Notes: generated from the letters alone by a model not told the origin. Positions 9,216-19,263 are shown, numbered from the stretch's first letter. The stretch: DNA of 64,000 bases from Microcoleus sp. (GCA_052279835.1 CP181291.1:3520001-3584000), one strand, 5' to 3'. Translations and numbers: made by a program.

Positions 9216-9917
9216 ATGACCGCAACAAGTCCTCTTCAAACCTTGCCAGAAATCATCTACCCAGACAGCGACGGAAAACCCATATCTGACAATACCAAAC
9301 AATTCCAATTAATTGTAAAAATTCAAGGTGGCATCGATGCTTTATTCAAAGACAACGAAAATGTGTTTGTAGCAGGTGACTTGCTGTGGTATCCCGTCGC
9401 AGGAGATAACAAAACTCGCCAAGCACCTGATACTATGGTAGTCTTTGGTAGACCAAAAGGCGATCGGGGTTCCTACAAACAGTGGCTGGAAGATAATATT
9501 GCGCCTCAAGTTGTCTTTGAAATCATCTCCCCCGGCAACCGGATGACAGCAATGTTTAAGCTGTTTAAGTTCTACGAGAATTATGGAGTAGAAGAATATT
9601 ATGTCTACGATCCAGAGGATAATGAGTTAATGTGTTGGGTGCGAAGTGATGGAGAACTCAACTATATTGAATCCATGGAAGGTTGGGTAAGTCCGCGTTT
9701 GCAAGTCCGTTTTGAAACTGCATCGGGAGATTTGGAAATTTATCGTCCTGACGGACTGAAGTTTTTGTCTTATGTGGAGTTGTCAAGACAAATGGAACAG
9801 GCACAGCAACAAATGGAACAAGAAAGACAGGAGAAAGAGTTAGCACAGCAAAAAGCCGATCGCCTTTCTGAAAAAATGCGAGAAATGGGGATAAATCCAG
9901 AGGACATTTTAAGCTGA
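9216..9917 (+). CDS. Uma2 family PD-(D/E)xK endonuclease
   Basis: YPDSDGKP, APDTMVVFGRPK, VVFEIISP, GVEEYYVYDP; coiled-coil tail. Confidence 0.92.
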   Translation: MTATSPLQTLPEIIYPDSDGKPISDNTKQFQLIVKIQGGIDALFKDNENVFVAGDLLWYPVAGDNKTRQAPDTMVVFGRPKGDRGSYKQWLEDNIAPQVVFEIISPGNRMTAMFKLFKFYENYGVEEYYVYDPEDNELMCWVRSDGELNYIESMEGWVSPRLQVRFETASGDLEIYRPDGLKFLSYVELSRQMEQAQQQMEQERQEKELAQQKADRLSEKMREMGINPEDILS

Positions 9918-9944
9918 ATTATCTCTGCAACGGTTTAATTAAAC

Positions 9945-10117
9945 AGGATTTACTCACTCCGAATAAAGAAACCGGGTTTTTTGTGAATCTCTCACCTATA
10001 GCGAGTATTTTCGTAAAAACCCGGTTTCTGGGATTCCACTGCGACAAAGAAACCGGGTTTTTTGTGAATCTCTCACCTATAGCGAGTATTTTCGTAAAAA
10101 CCCGGTTTCTGGGCCCC
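9945..10117 (+). mobile_element. family A element with its core tandemly duplicated (81-bp period)
   Basis: AGGATTTACTCAC end, then two identical cores starting at 9965 and 10046. Confidence 0.8.
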
Positions 10118-10136
10118 CAGAGAAACCCTGTTAAAC

Positions 10137-12005
10137 TCAAGCCGCAGCCTTATCTAAAGGTTGTACTTCAGATAGGTATTTGTGCAGTTGGTCGCCTTCG
10201 ACCACCTCAGTTTCTAATAGCTTCTGCGTGATTGTTTCCAACAATTCCCGATTGGCTTTGAGAATATCCAAAGCGTGCTGGTGAGCAGTTTCGACAATTT
10301 CTTTGACTTCTTGGTCGATCGCCTCAGCAGTCTGAGCACTCACCGCGCGGCGCGGATTTCCCGAACCATCGTTGAGGAACATTGCTTGTTGGCCGCGATC
10401 GTAAGCAAGAGGCCCCAACACCTTACTCATCCCGTAAGTTGTCACCATCCGTTCCGCTAAATCAGTGGCCCTTTGCAAGTCGTTGGAAGCGCCGGTAGTG
10501 ATGCTACCAAACACAACTTCCTCAGCCGATCGCCCTCCAAGTAGTGTAGCAATCTGACCCCGCAATTCCGCCTCATCCAACAAGAAACGATCTTCCGTCG
10601 GTACTTGCAACGTGTAACCCAATGCAGCCATACCGCGAGGGACGATCGAGATTTTCGAGACTTCGCCGCCGCCAGTCATCGCAGCGCCAACCATGGCGTG
10701 TCCGACTTCGTGGTAAGCCACAATCTTTTTCTCTTTGTCATTGAGCACCCGGCTTTTCTTTTCCAAGCCAGCTACAACGCGCTCAAAAGCCTCATAAAAG
10801 TCTTCCTGCGCCACAGTGAGACGCTTGTTGCGAGCAGCTAGCAAGGCAGCTTCATTGACCAAATTTGCCAAATCTGCGCCAGAAAAACCGGGGGTACGAG
10901 TGGCGATCGCCTTCAAGTCAATATCCGGGCCCAACTTCACTTTTTGCGAGTGAATATTCAAAATTGCTTCGCGGCCAGATAAATCCGGGCGATCGACCAA
11001 AACTTGGCGATCGAAACGGCCGGGGCGCAACAAAGCAGCATCCAAACTTTCCGGGCGGTTAGTAGCAGCCAGCACAATTACCGTAGTATTGCCAGCAGCA
11101 AAACCATCCATTTCAGTTAATAATTGATTGAGAGTTTGTTCCCGTTCGTCATTCCCACCAAAAGCAGCATTAGTGCTACGAGATTTACCGATCGCATCCA
11201 ACTCATCAATGAAAATAATACAAGGAGCCTGCTTCTTAGCCTGCTCAAATAAATCTCTAACCCTTGCAGAACCAACACCTACAAACAGTTCCACAAACTC
11301 CGAACCAGAGATGCTAAAAAACGGCACACCAGCTTCACCAGCCACTGCTTTTGCTAACAGAGTTTTGCCAGTTCCCGGCGGCCCGACTAACAGCACACCC
11401 TTCGGAATACGCGCGCCAATAGCCGTAAATCTGTCAGGAGTTTTTAAGAACTCAACCACTTCCACTAATTCAGTCTTAGCTTCTTCTACTCCAGCCACAT
11501 CAGCAAATGTAATCTTCGCCGATTCACCTTCCACGTAGACCTTAGCTTTGCTTTTGCCGATCGAGAGTGCACCCTGCGGACCACCACCGCCCCGGTTCAT
11601 AAAAAATTGAAAAATCGCCACAAAAATCAGGGGTGGAACTACCCAGCTCAAAACACTGCCGATCCAGCCATTTTTAGAAGGAGGAGTTGCAGCAAATTCC
11701 ACACCTTTGTCTTGCAAAAGTTTAGGCAACTCCAGGTCAAAAATCGGCGTAGTAGACAGAATTTGTCCTGGTTTATCACCTTCGCCTTTAAGTTGGTAGC
11801 GAATTTCATTTTGACCTACCGAAGCTCTGACTACATTTTGTTCTTGCACTTGATGAACAAACAAACTGTAAGGCACTTGCGGAATTTGGGGACCGAACAA
11901 ATTCGGCAAAAAGATGTTAGCCAGTAAAAACAGACTTGATAGCAATAACAAGACATTGCTAATTTGCCTAAAACGAGGCGGTTGGGGCTGGTCTTTAATT
12001 GCCAT
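10137..12005 (-). CDS. ftsH: ATP-dependent zinc metalloprotease FtsH (FtsH4-like)
   Basis: GPPGTGKT, FIDELD, AATNRPE, HEVGH; two TM helices. Confidence 0.96.
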   Translation of the reverse strand: MAIKDQPQPPRFRQISNVLLLLSSLFLLANIFLPNLFGPQIPQVPYSLFVHQVQEQNVVRASVGQNEIRYQLKGEGDKPGQILSTTPIFDLELPKLLQDKGVEFAATPPSKNGWIGSVLSWVVPPLIFVAIFQFFMNRGGGGPQGALSIGKSKAKVYVEGESAKITFADVAGVEEAKTELVEVVEFLKTPDRFTAIGARIPKGVLLVGPPGTGKTLLAKAVAGEAGVPFFSISGSEFVELFVGVGSARVRDLFEQAKKQAPCIIFIDELDAIGKSRSTNAAFGGNDEREQTLNQLLTEMDGFAAGNTTVIVLAATNRPESLDAALLRPGRFDRQVLVDRPDLSGREAILNIHSQKVKLGPDIDLKAIATRTPGFSGADLANLVNEAALLAARNKRLTVAQEDFYEAFERVVAGLEKKSRVLNDKEKKIVAYHEVGHAMVGAAMTGGGEVSKISIVPRGMAALGYTLQVPTEDRFLLDEAELRGQIATLLGGRSAEEVVFGSITTGASNDLQRATDLAERMVTTYGMSKVLGPLAYDRGQQAMFLNDGSGNPRRAVSAQTAEAIDQEVKEIVETAHQHALDILKANRELLETITQKLLETEVVEGDQLHKYLSEVQPLDKAAA

Positions 12006-12137
12006 TGATAACAGTCATCCTTTAATATTAAGCAGTTTAATTCATTTATTTTCTCATCAAATACGCACGCGGTGTCAATCGGATTTCCTCACTCGATTGG
12101 TTCGGTTAACTGGGCTGCACCTATTTGGTATTAAAAA

Positions 12138-12290
12138 CGAACCGCGAAGACGCGAAGGACACGAAGGAAGAGCAGAAAGTTATAGTTATGAATTATTGGT
12201 TAATAGTTAATGAATGGTTTTTACTTCAGAATCCCTTTAAGATTCTCTCGCTCTTTTCTTACTTCGCGCCCTTTGCGTCTTCGCGGTTCG
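12138..12290. mobile_element. 153-bp inverted-repeat element
   Basis: Perfect 16-bp TIR CGAACCGCGAAGACGC; related half copies near 13280-13315 and 47930-47990. Confidence 0.7.
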
Positions 12291-12307
12291 ATATAGTAGA
12301 ATTCTGG

Positions 12308-13153
12308 CTAACCGCCAGATACATTCTTAGCAAACTCTTCCCGTCCTGATACCAAATTAGCTGGAACGCCGTTAGGGAAATTTTGCGCGATTAAAGCTTG
12401 CAATTTTTCCACCCGATTTTCAGGATTCGGGTGAGAGCTCAAAAACTCCGGCTGTCCCCCGCCCTTTCTCGCAGAACCGAGAATTTGCATCACTTCCACA
12501 ATACCTTGAGGATTGTAACCTGCTTCCGTCATGAACCGAAAACCGAGCCGATCGCTCTCAAGTTCATCAGCCCGCCCGTAGCGCAAACTCACCACTTGAT
12601 TGACAGCCTGAGCAACTACAGCAGCTTGCTGGCCTCCCCCGCGCTCGTCGCTAGCCGCCACCCCCACCGCCGTTACCAAAGCCCTGCCCAACTGCTGTTT
12701 TGCCAAGTGTTCCGCAGCGTGGCGCCCGACAACGTGACCCGCTTCGTGCCCCAGTACGGCGGCCAACTGAGCCTCGGAATTCAGCAGCCGCAGCAGCCCC
12801 GCAGTAATGAAAACTTGTCCTCCCGGTAGAGCAAAAGCATTTACCGTTTGAGGATCGCGCAGCAGGTGGAATTCAAATGGATAAGGTGCTTGTTTCGCCG
12901 TCGAACCCTTGACTACCCGTTCTCCGACTCGATCGACATACTGTTGGATTTTCGGGCTGGGATAAAGCCCCCCGTACTGGGCGGCCATTTGCGATCGCGA
13001 TTGCAATCCCAAAGATATCTCTTGTTGCGGAGAAAGTTGCACCCGCTGTCTCTCTCCAGTTACGGGATTTTGTACGTCGCTGGTATAATAGGTGATTGCC
13101 CCAAAAAATGCCATTAATAGCCCGATCGCCATCCTGAATAAAAATTTGTTCAT
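12308..13153 (-). CDS. M48 family metallopeptidase
   Basis: VNAFALPGG, HEAGH, ELESD, FLSSHP. Confidence 0.92.
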   Translation of the reverse strand: MNKFLFRMAIGLLMAFFGAITYYTSDVQNPVTGERQRVQLSPQQEISLGLQSRSQMAAQYGGLYPSPKIQQYVDRVGERVVKGSTAKQAPYPFEFHLLRDPQTVNAFALPGGQVFITAGLLRLLNSEAQLAAVLGHEAGHVVGRHAAEHLAKQQLGRALVTAVGVAASDERGGGQQAAVVAQAVNQVVSLRYGRADELESDRLGFRFMTEAGYNPQGIVEVMQILGSARKGGGQPEFLSSHPNPENRVEKLQALIAQNFPNGVPANLVSGREEFAKNVSGG

Positions 13154-13444
13154 AGCACTTCACCTAAAAAGTTTAGCGATGATAATACTAAATCCATAGT
13201 TATTATTGCATCTATCTGAAGTATTAACTATGAAATTTATTAGGTATTTTTTGCATGGTTGCAAACATGGCTTTTTTAACGAACCGCGAAGGATCGAAGT
13301 ACGCGAAGGAAGAGGGAATAAGAACCCCCCCCAAGGGAAGAGGGAAGAAGTCAGTGGTTATTTAGCTATTTTATTGGCAAATAATAAAAAATAAAAAATA
13401 AAAAATAACCAATTACCAATTACCAATAACAAACAGTTGAAAAT

Positions 13445-14977
13445 ATGTTTCAAACTACTCGTCGTCGTCTTGCTGTGTGGTACACAGCCGTTACTGCTGT
13501 ATTGTTACTATTATTTGCTACGGGTTTCTATTTTTACGTCCGCAATACTTTAATCGATCGCATTGATGATACGCTCAATCATGTTGTGGAAATCGTAGAG
13601 CGATCGCTCGTCATCGAACCTTTAAAAAAACCTCTGTCTTCTTATGATGTTTTGTCAGGAACTAAGTTTCAAGTGAATATTCAAGGGAGTTTTCGAGATG
13701 GCAGCGATGCAGTTGATGATGACCATATCGATTTAGAATGGTTTAGTCCTACAGGTGAATTGCTATGGTCTACTTTGTCGGAACCTTTGAATATTCCGAT
13801 TCATGCTAATCGCAGTGGGGAAACGGTTTGGGTTAATCATCAGTTGCGGTTTGAGGGAGTGGAAAAGAGGGATTTAACCGCAGAGCCGCACTTGGTGCAG
13901 AGGGGAGAAGTGGCAAATTTTGATGGTTTGAAGGGAGGTTTGGAGGAGCATCGAGATTCGATCGCCCAAATTGCCAATCGCGTCTCGACAAAACCAATTA
14001 GCATTCGGACAACTCAAAACTATTCTCTCAGACAGGTGACGCAACGAGTGGAAATCGGCCGCCAAGTTTTGGGATATTTGCGAGTCAGTCATCCTTGGTT
14101 TGAAGTGACAAAACCGATTCGCCAATTAATTATTGATTTGATTTTGGGTGCGAGTTTGACGCTGATTTGTGTAGCAGCTATTGGCTGGCTGTTGTCGGGA
14201 TTGGCGATGAAACCTGTGCGAGAATCCTATGGGCGTCTCAAACAGTTTACTGCGGATGCTTCCCACGAGCTCAGAAATCCGATCGCCACTATTCAAACTA
14301 ATGTCCAAGTCGCTTTGGCGGAACCGGATATCGAACCTCAGCAATATCAACAGCTACAAGTTATTGAACGCCTAACTCGCCGTTTGGGACGTTTGGTTGA
14401 TGATTTGCTATTTTTAGCTAGACAAGATAGTGGTATCGTACAGCAGCAGTGGATTGTGGTTCCCCTAGATGCTTTGTTGATTGAAGTAATTGAAGAACAA
14501 CTGGCGATCGCCAAAACCCAAAATCTCTCTTTATCGTTAGAAATAGTCGATTCACCAAACACAGAAGGTAACTTTACAGTATTGGGAGACTGGGATCAAC
14601 TAGCCCGACTTTTTACTAATCTCCTTAGCAACTCTGTGCAGTACACGCCCTCTGGCGGTGAAATTCAAGTGGAATTGCAGCTTTCCGTCAAAACCAAAAG
14701 AACTTCGCCGATGTTAAATCCCGCACTGCAAGTCAAAGTCACAGACACTGGTATCGGTATTTCCCCAGAAGCATTGCCGCACATATTCGATCGATTCTAC
14801 CGCGCCGATCCCGCCCGCACTCACCGCAGCGCCGCCGGTTCGGGTTTAGGATTGGCCATCGCCAAAGCCATTGTCGAAAATCACCGAGGGCACATCCACA
14901 TAGACAGCCAAGTCGCTCGAGGTACTGCCGTTATCGTCACCCTCCCCGCCCACAAATCAGAAACATCTCGCCCCTAA
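13445..14977 (+). CDS. membrane sensor histidine kinase (possibly ManS-like)
   Basis: FTADASHELRNP H-box, N box, DTGIGI, GSGLGLAI; two TM helices. Confidence 0.92.
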   Translation: MFQTTRRRLAVWYTAVTAVLLLLFATGFYFYVRNTLIDRIDDTLNHVVEIVERSLVIEPLKKPLSSYDVLSGTKFQVNIQGSFRDGSDAVDDDHIDLEWFSPTGELLWSTLSEPLNIPIHANRSGETVWVNHQLRFEGVEKRDLTAEPHLVQRGEVANFDGLKGGLEEHRDSIAQIANRVSTKPISIRTTQNYSLRQVTQRVEIGRQVLGYLRVSHPWFEVTKPIRQLIIDLILGASLTLICVAAIGWLLSGLAMKPVRESYGRLKQFTADASHELRNPIATIQTNVQVALAEPDIEPQQYQQLQVIERLTRRLGRLVDDLLFLARQDSGIVQQQWIVVPLDALLIEVIEEQLAIAKTQNLSLSLEIVDSPNTEGNFTVLGDWDQLARLFTNLLSNSVQYTPSGGEIQVELQLSVKTKRTSPMLNPALQVKVTDTGIGISPEALPHIFDRFYRADPARTHRSAAGSGLGLAIAKAIVENHRGHIHIDSQVARGTAVIVTLPAHKSETSRP

Positions 14978-14993
14978 AACTTCCCCTCTTTCC

Positions 14994-15147
14994 CAGGGCT
15001 GTTTCATTCTTTGTAGGGGCAATCCCCCCGTGGTTGCCCCAATCTCTGAAACACCTACAAAATCGTGGATGGGGAGGGTAGGAGGGTAGGCACTCTTGGC
15101 ACTACCCCTACAAAACCATGATTTGTCACCAGAATGAAACAGCCCTG
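14994..15147. mobile_element. 154-bp MITE with 17-bp TIR and 11-bp target-site duplication
   Basis: CAGGGCTGTTTCATTCT...AGAATGAAACAGCCCTG, flanked by CCCCTCTTTCC at 14983-14993 and 15148-15158. Confidence 0.9.
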
Positions 15148-15272
15148 CCCCTCTTTCCCTTTTCCTCTGCGCCCTACCACAGAAGAATCCAGTCGATTCA
15201 TGGGTGGGGAGGTCAAGTCATACATTAACATTAACGGTGGAAAACCTCGATCGAACTCGTGAGGAGTTACTT

Positions 15273-15821
15273 ATGTTTCGCCACAATCTACAATTCCCAA
15301 AATTGAGCTTGCTAGCAGCCACCTGTACAGGTTTGCTAGTCAGTCTCGCTAGCATTTCCCTTGCCGGTGGGCCACCACCCCAAGGAAAACCAGTTTCCCA
15401 ACCCGCTGCTACGCCGCCAGCTAATGGTAAACCCGTCAGCGAACCGACTCCTGCTACACCGACTCCTGCGGTACCCCAAAATGCACCTCCCCGATTTCCG
15501 TTTCCCGGTGCCAGAGTCACCCCAGTAGACGGTATGGTGACAATCAAGCTGGTAAATAGCACCAACGCCGTGATCAATTATCAAGTAGTTGGAATGAGTC
15601 AATCTCGCACTCTGGGGGAACAATCAGAAATTTCGATCAAAAACTTGAAAGCCCCACTCACCCTCACTTACCAGCGCTCTGATGGCGGATTGCTGTTGGT
15701 GCGAGCCCAAGCAACAGCTACAGCGGGAATGTTGCAAATCACTTTTGGCGCAACCACTGACTTGGGCGCTGATACCAAATCCCTGGAAGTTCAGGAAGAT
15801 GGGAAAGTATTTTTGAATTAG
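15273..15821 (+). CDS. secreted hypothetical protein with Pro-rich linker
   Basis: GAGGAG RBS before ATG 15273; signal peptide; beta-rich C-terminus. Confidence 0.75.
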   Translation: MFRHNLQFPKLSLLAATCTGLLVSLASISLAGGPPPQGKPVSQPAATPPANGKPVSEPTPATPTPAVPQNAPPRFPFPGARVTPVDGMVTIKLVNSTNAVINYQVVGMSQSRTLGEQSEISIKNLKAPLTLTYQRSDGGLLLVRAQATATAGMLQITFGATTDLGADTKSLEVQEDGKVFLN

Positions 15822-15902
15822 TCATTAGTCATTGGTCATTAGTCATTGGTCATTAGTCATTAGTCATTAGTTATTAGTTATTGGTTATTGGTTATTAGTT
15901 AG
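15818..15902. repeat. heptamer tandem repeat (STRR-type)
   Basis: (TCATTAG/TCATTGG/TTATTAG/TTATTGG)n. Confidence 0.9.
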
Positions 15903-15967
15903 CTCTTGACAATAACTAATAACTAATATCAAATTCGCCTGATTTCTTTAGTAAAACAGGAGACGGT

Positions 15968-16065
15968 AATGCCCAATGCCCAATGCCCGATTCCCAATGC
16001 CCAATTCCCGATTCCCAATTCCCAATTCCCAATTCCCGATTCCCAATTCCCAATTCCCAATTCCC
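15968..16065. repeat. heptamer tandem repeat (STRR-type)
   Basis: (CCCAATG/CCCAATT/CCCGATT)n between convergent genes. Confidence 0.9.
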
Positions 16066-16074
16066 TATTACGAG

Positions 16075-17274
16075 TTAATCGCCTAGTAACAAAGGAGGTA
16101 ACTGAGTAAAAGGTAAATCCTGGTTGACTGCATCAATTTCTGCCTGTTCTCGTTCATTGATTTGACCGATATAAGACTTCAGAATTTGCGCCAAACGGTT
16201 GTTATAAAATCGGTGCAAACTATAATTTGGTGTGGCTGGAAAGCCGCGCCGTTTTTTGTGCCGCCCGCCCGCACCGGGATCGAAGGTTTGGATGCCCCGA
16301 TCGATCGCCCATTCGATCGGTGTATAGTAACAAGCGTCGAAGTGCAAGCAGTCAATTTCCTGCAAACTCCCCCAATAGCGCCCGTAAAGTCGATCGCCCT
16401 TATACAAGCAAAAAGACATTCCCATCGGCTGTCTGTCGTCTTCCTTAGAGTAGGCTGCTACAAACAAAACGCGATCGCGATAATTGTCATGCAATTGTTC
16501 AAAAAATCGCTTTGTCAAATACTTGCTTCCCCACCACCCAAATTTGTCGCAAGTATTCTCATAAAAAGCATACATTTGCCCAAACATGGGTTGGGGAATT
16601 TCATCGCCAGTCAAGGTTTTTATTAACAAACCTGCTGTTTCAACAGCTTTACGTTCGCGCTTGATATTGCGGCGCTGATTGGCATTAAATGTGCCTAAAT
16701 AACCCTCAAAATTTTGATAGCCTTGATTTTGCCAAATATAACTGTGGTGCAGCCAAGCGCTAAAACCATGCTGTTCCATGCGCACGCGCCATACGGGATC
16801 GACGTATAGGAAATTGCAACCAGAGATATTGTGGCGATCGCAAAAATAGTCGATCGCGCTTACCATGACTCCGGTTAACTCATCTTCATCTTCCCCCTCA
16901 GCAATCAAAAACCGATAGCCTTCTGCGGGTGTAAAAGGAGTCATTCCCATCAGTTTGGGATAATATTGAACACCCAAACGTTGAGCTAAATCCGCCCACT
17001 GATTGTCGAAGACAAATTCGCCGTAACTGTGACTTTTGATATAAAGCGGCGCACAAGCAATCAACTGTTTGTCTCGCCACACTGTCAAGTGATGCGGTAG
17101 CCAACCGTTTTTACCTGTGGCGCTACCGGAAGTTTCGAGATTGTTGAGCCAATTCCATTCGAGAAATGGCGTTTTTAGCGACATCGCCAAAGCATCCCAG
17201 GAGGCTTGCGAAATATCTGCTATTTTCGTAATCCAGGCTACAGAGTATTGTTGAGCTTTTGGCTTTGGCAGCAT
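16075..17274 (-). CDS. FemAB-like GNAT protein (DUF482)
   Basis: [37 protein letters not shown]. Confidence 0.9.
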   Translation of the reverse strand: MLPKPKAQQYSVAWITKIADISQASWDALAMSLKTPFLEWNWLNNLETSGSATGKNGWLPHHLTVWRDKQLIACAPLYIKSHSYGEFVFDNQWADLAQRLGVQYYPKLMGMTPFTPAEGYRFLIAEGEDEDELTGVMVSAIDYFCDRHNISGCNFLYVDPVWRVRMEQHGFSAWLHHSYIWQNQGYQNFEGYLGTFNANQRRNIKRERKAVETAGLLIKTLTGDEIPQPMFGQMYAFYENTCDKFGWWGSKYLTKRFFEQLHDNYRDRVLFVAAYSKEDDRQPMGMSFCLYKGDRLYGRYWGSLQEIDCLHFDACYYTPIEWAIDRGIQTFDPGAGGRHKKRRGFPATPNYSLHRFYNNRLAQILKSYIGQINEREQAEIDAVNQDLPFTQLPPLLLGD

Positions 17275-17339
17275 AGGGAAATTTGAGCGTAGAGCGATCG
17301 AACTTCATTTAACTTAATATAAATTCCCTTCTTCGACAC

Positions 17340-17473
17340 TCGTTACCAGGCTCTGCCTGGTAATGCAGATCCAGAGGCTCTGCCTCAATTTTCCTGTGCA
17401 AGCGAGGCAGAGCCTCTAGACATGGGTTCCCAGGCAGAGCCTAGGAACCAGTTAGAGAGAGCCTGGGAACCAG
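17340..17473. repeat. GGCTCTGCC/GGCAGAGCC palindromic element
   Basis: Several nested hairpins; same family at 31383-31522. Confidence 0.75.
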
Positions 17474-18193
17474 CTAGATGCGTCGATCGCACCGATAATG
17501 CAAAAACACCTCACCCCCCACCTGTTTTACCGCCAACAGCTCCAATTTGGGCGCTAAATCCGCTAAAAAACCCTTTCCCTCCACAGGTGTCGGTGCATCC
17601 GCGCCGCCCAAAATTAGCGGGCACACCGTCAGCCAGAGCTCGTCGATGCAGCCTACAGCGAGCACAGACGCGACGAGTTTTCCGCCTCCTAAAATTGCCA
17701 AACGTTCGATTCCGAGGGCTTCTAGTTGTTGAAAAGCATCAATCCAATCGATTTCTCCCTCGATGGTGTTGGCGATTAAAGTGCGATCGAACATCGAAGA
17801 AAAAGACAAATTACTTGGAGTTTGACTCTCCCCATCCCCCCCTCTCCCAATCTCCCCATCCCCGTCTCTCCCAGTTAGCAGCCAGCGGGGAACTGGTTGC
17901 TGGAAAAATCGCCAGTTGGGGTCAAATTCGCGCGATCGCGAACATACAATTTGCAAGGGTTGTGGAGGCTTTCCTTGCAGTTTTCTTTGTTCGAGCAAAT
18001 CGGGGGAAATTACTCTCATAGTGGTTCCATAGGCGCGTAAAGTGCCGTTTCCGAAGAGAACTGCATCACTGTTGGCAACTTGTTGTTCGAGGTGAGATTT
18101 GTCGTTAGCTGAACCGAATCTGGCGGCGGTGAAGGTGGCATCTGTAATTTTGCCATCGGCACTCATGGCGAGTATTACTGTTGTGTGAAGCAT
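17474..18193 (-). CDS. RibD C-terminal (reductase-like) domain protein
   Basis: AMSADGKI, LGGGKL, DELWLTVCPLILGG. Confidence 0.88.
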   Translation of the reverse strand: MLHTTVILAMSADGKITDATFTAARFGSANDKSHLEQQVANSDAVLFGNGTLRAYGTTMRVISPDLLEQRKLQGKPPQPLQIVCSRSREFDPNWRFFQQPVPRWLLTGRDGDGEIGRGGDGESQTPSNLSFSSMFDRTLIANTIEGEIDWIDAFQQLEALGIERLAILGGGKLVASVLAVGCIDELWLTVCPLILGGADAPTPVEGKGFLADLAPKLELLAVKQVGGEVFLHYRCDRRI

Positions 18194-18221
18194 TGGATTT
18201 GGGTTTCGAGAATTTCAATCG

Positions 18222-18776
18222 CTAATTTCCTAACAAGCGATAGATCGCAACTGCAACATCAGGAAATGCCAGCGGATTAATATTACCATGAGTTAGAGTT
18301 TCTCTGAATTGATAGCCTTCATCGGTAGGATCTCGAAACACGATTAATTCCATAGTTCGCAAATTGACAACCCAATACTCACAAATGCCTGCTTGCGCGT
18401 AAATCTGGCTCTTGATTCCCAAGTTTTTAGTCAGAGTAGAATTAGAGTATTCTATCAGCCAAAAGATGTTTTCTGGATAGGGGTGATGTTCTCGATAATT
18501 TTGTCCCAAACGTTGAATTACAGCGATATCTGGTTCTGGTTCGGAGTTGTTAAGTGGCAAGGTAATCGGCTTACCTTGCCGCACTTTAGCCCGATCGCCT
18601 AACAAGTACATTAGGTACTCTCCAGCCTCATCGCTACAGTAAGCATGAGATTCTCCTTCGGGAGCCATTTCGATGATTTCTCCACCTATTAGTTCAACTT
18701 TTCGCCCTTCCAGAATCCCGGCTTCAATGATGCGGTGGTAGTCTGCAACCGTCCATTTTACAGTTGTGACGCTCAC
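18222..18776 (-). CDS. Uma2 family endonuclease
   Basis: VELIGGEI, SEPEPD, GICEYWVVNL; probable GTG start at 18776 after GGAG. Confidence 0.9.
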   Translation of the reverse strand: MSVTTVKWTVADYHRIIEAGILEGRKVELIGGEIIEMAPEGESHAYCSDEAGEYLMYLLGDRAKVRQGKPITLPLNNSEPEPDIAVIQRLGQNYREHHPYPENIFWLIEYSNSTLTKNLGIKSQIYAQAGICEYWVVNLRTMELIVFRDPTDEGYQFRETLTHGNINPLAFPDVAVAIYRLLGN

Positions 18777-18801
18777 GGCGATTACTCCTATGTTTTTATT
18801 G

Positions 18802-18873
18802 TTATTGTACAGGCGATCGCACATTTATCTCAAAGAGGTTGGCAATCCAGATTTCACCTCGTCTAATTGTCAT
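18802..18873 (-). pseudogene. 5' stub of a MazF/PemK toxin
   Basis: ATG overlaps the upstream stop (ATGA) and reads MTIRRGEIWIANL, then unrelated sequence with a HIP1 site and a stop. Confidence 0.65.
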
Positions 18874-19100
18874 GCCAAATTCTCATGTTTGAGAAGTTCT
18901 GCATATTCGCTGATTCCGAGTTCTGCAAGTTCTCTGTCTTCTTCGGCAAATTCGCTGTAGAGTTCAGCTAAGTTAGTTTCATCGATCGCAGGAATAGTCA
19001 CTAATCTGGCACGGAATTTCAGGAAGCTAATAAATTCAAATACTTGTTGGAGTTGTTCTCGATCGAACTTTTCTAATTCTTGTTGGATTAACTCTCTCAT
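18870..19100 (-). CDS. small acidic antitoxin-like protein
   Basis: MRELIQQELEKF...VFEFISFLK...EEDRELAELGISEY. The ORF-track N-terminal extension is repeat DNA. Confidence 0.7.
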   Translation of the reverse strand: MRELIQQELEKFDREQLQQVFEFISFLKFRARLVTIPAIDETNLAELYSEFAEEDRELAELGISEYAELLKHENLA

Positions 19101-19167
19101 GACAGTTACTTTTATTGTCAATTTTTCTGTATTATAGCCCGATCGCCCATCCACCCAAAAACCAGAT

Positions 19168-19263
19168 CGCGGGGCCCAGAAACCTGGTTTTTTCGACAAT
19201 ACTCGATCGCAAGCCACAAATTTGGCCAAAAACCCGGTTTCTTTGTCGGAGTCGGTAAATCCC
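19168..19263 (-). mobile_element. family A element between 26-bp direct repeats
   Basis: Reverse complement reads GGATTTACCGACTCCGACAAAGAAACCGGGTTTTT...; flanks at 19138-19163 and 19276-19301 are identical. Confidence 0.75.
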
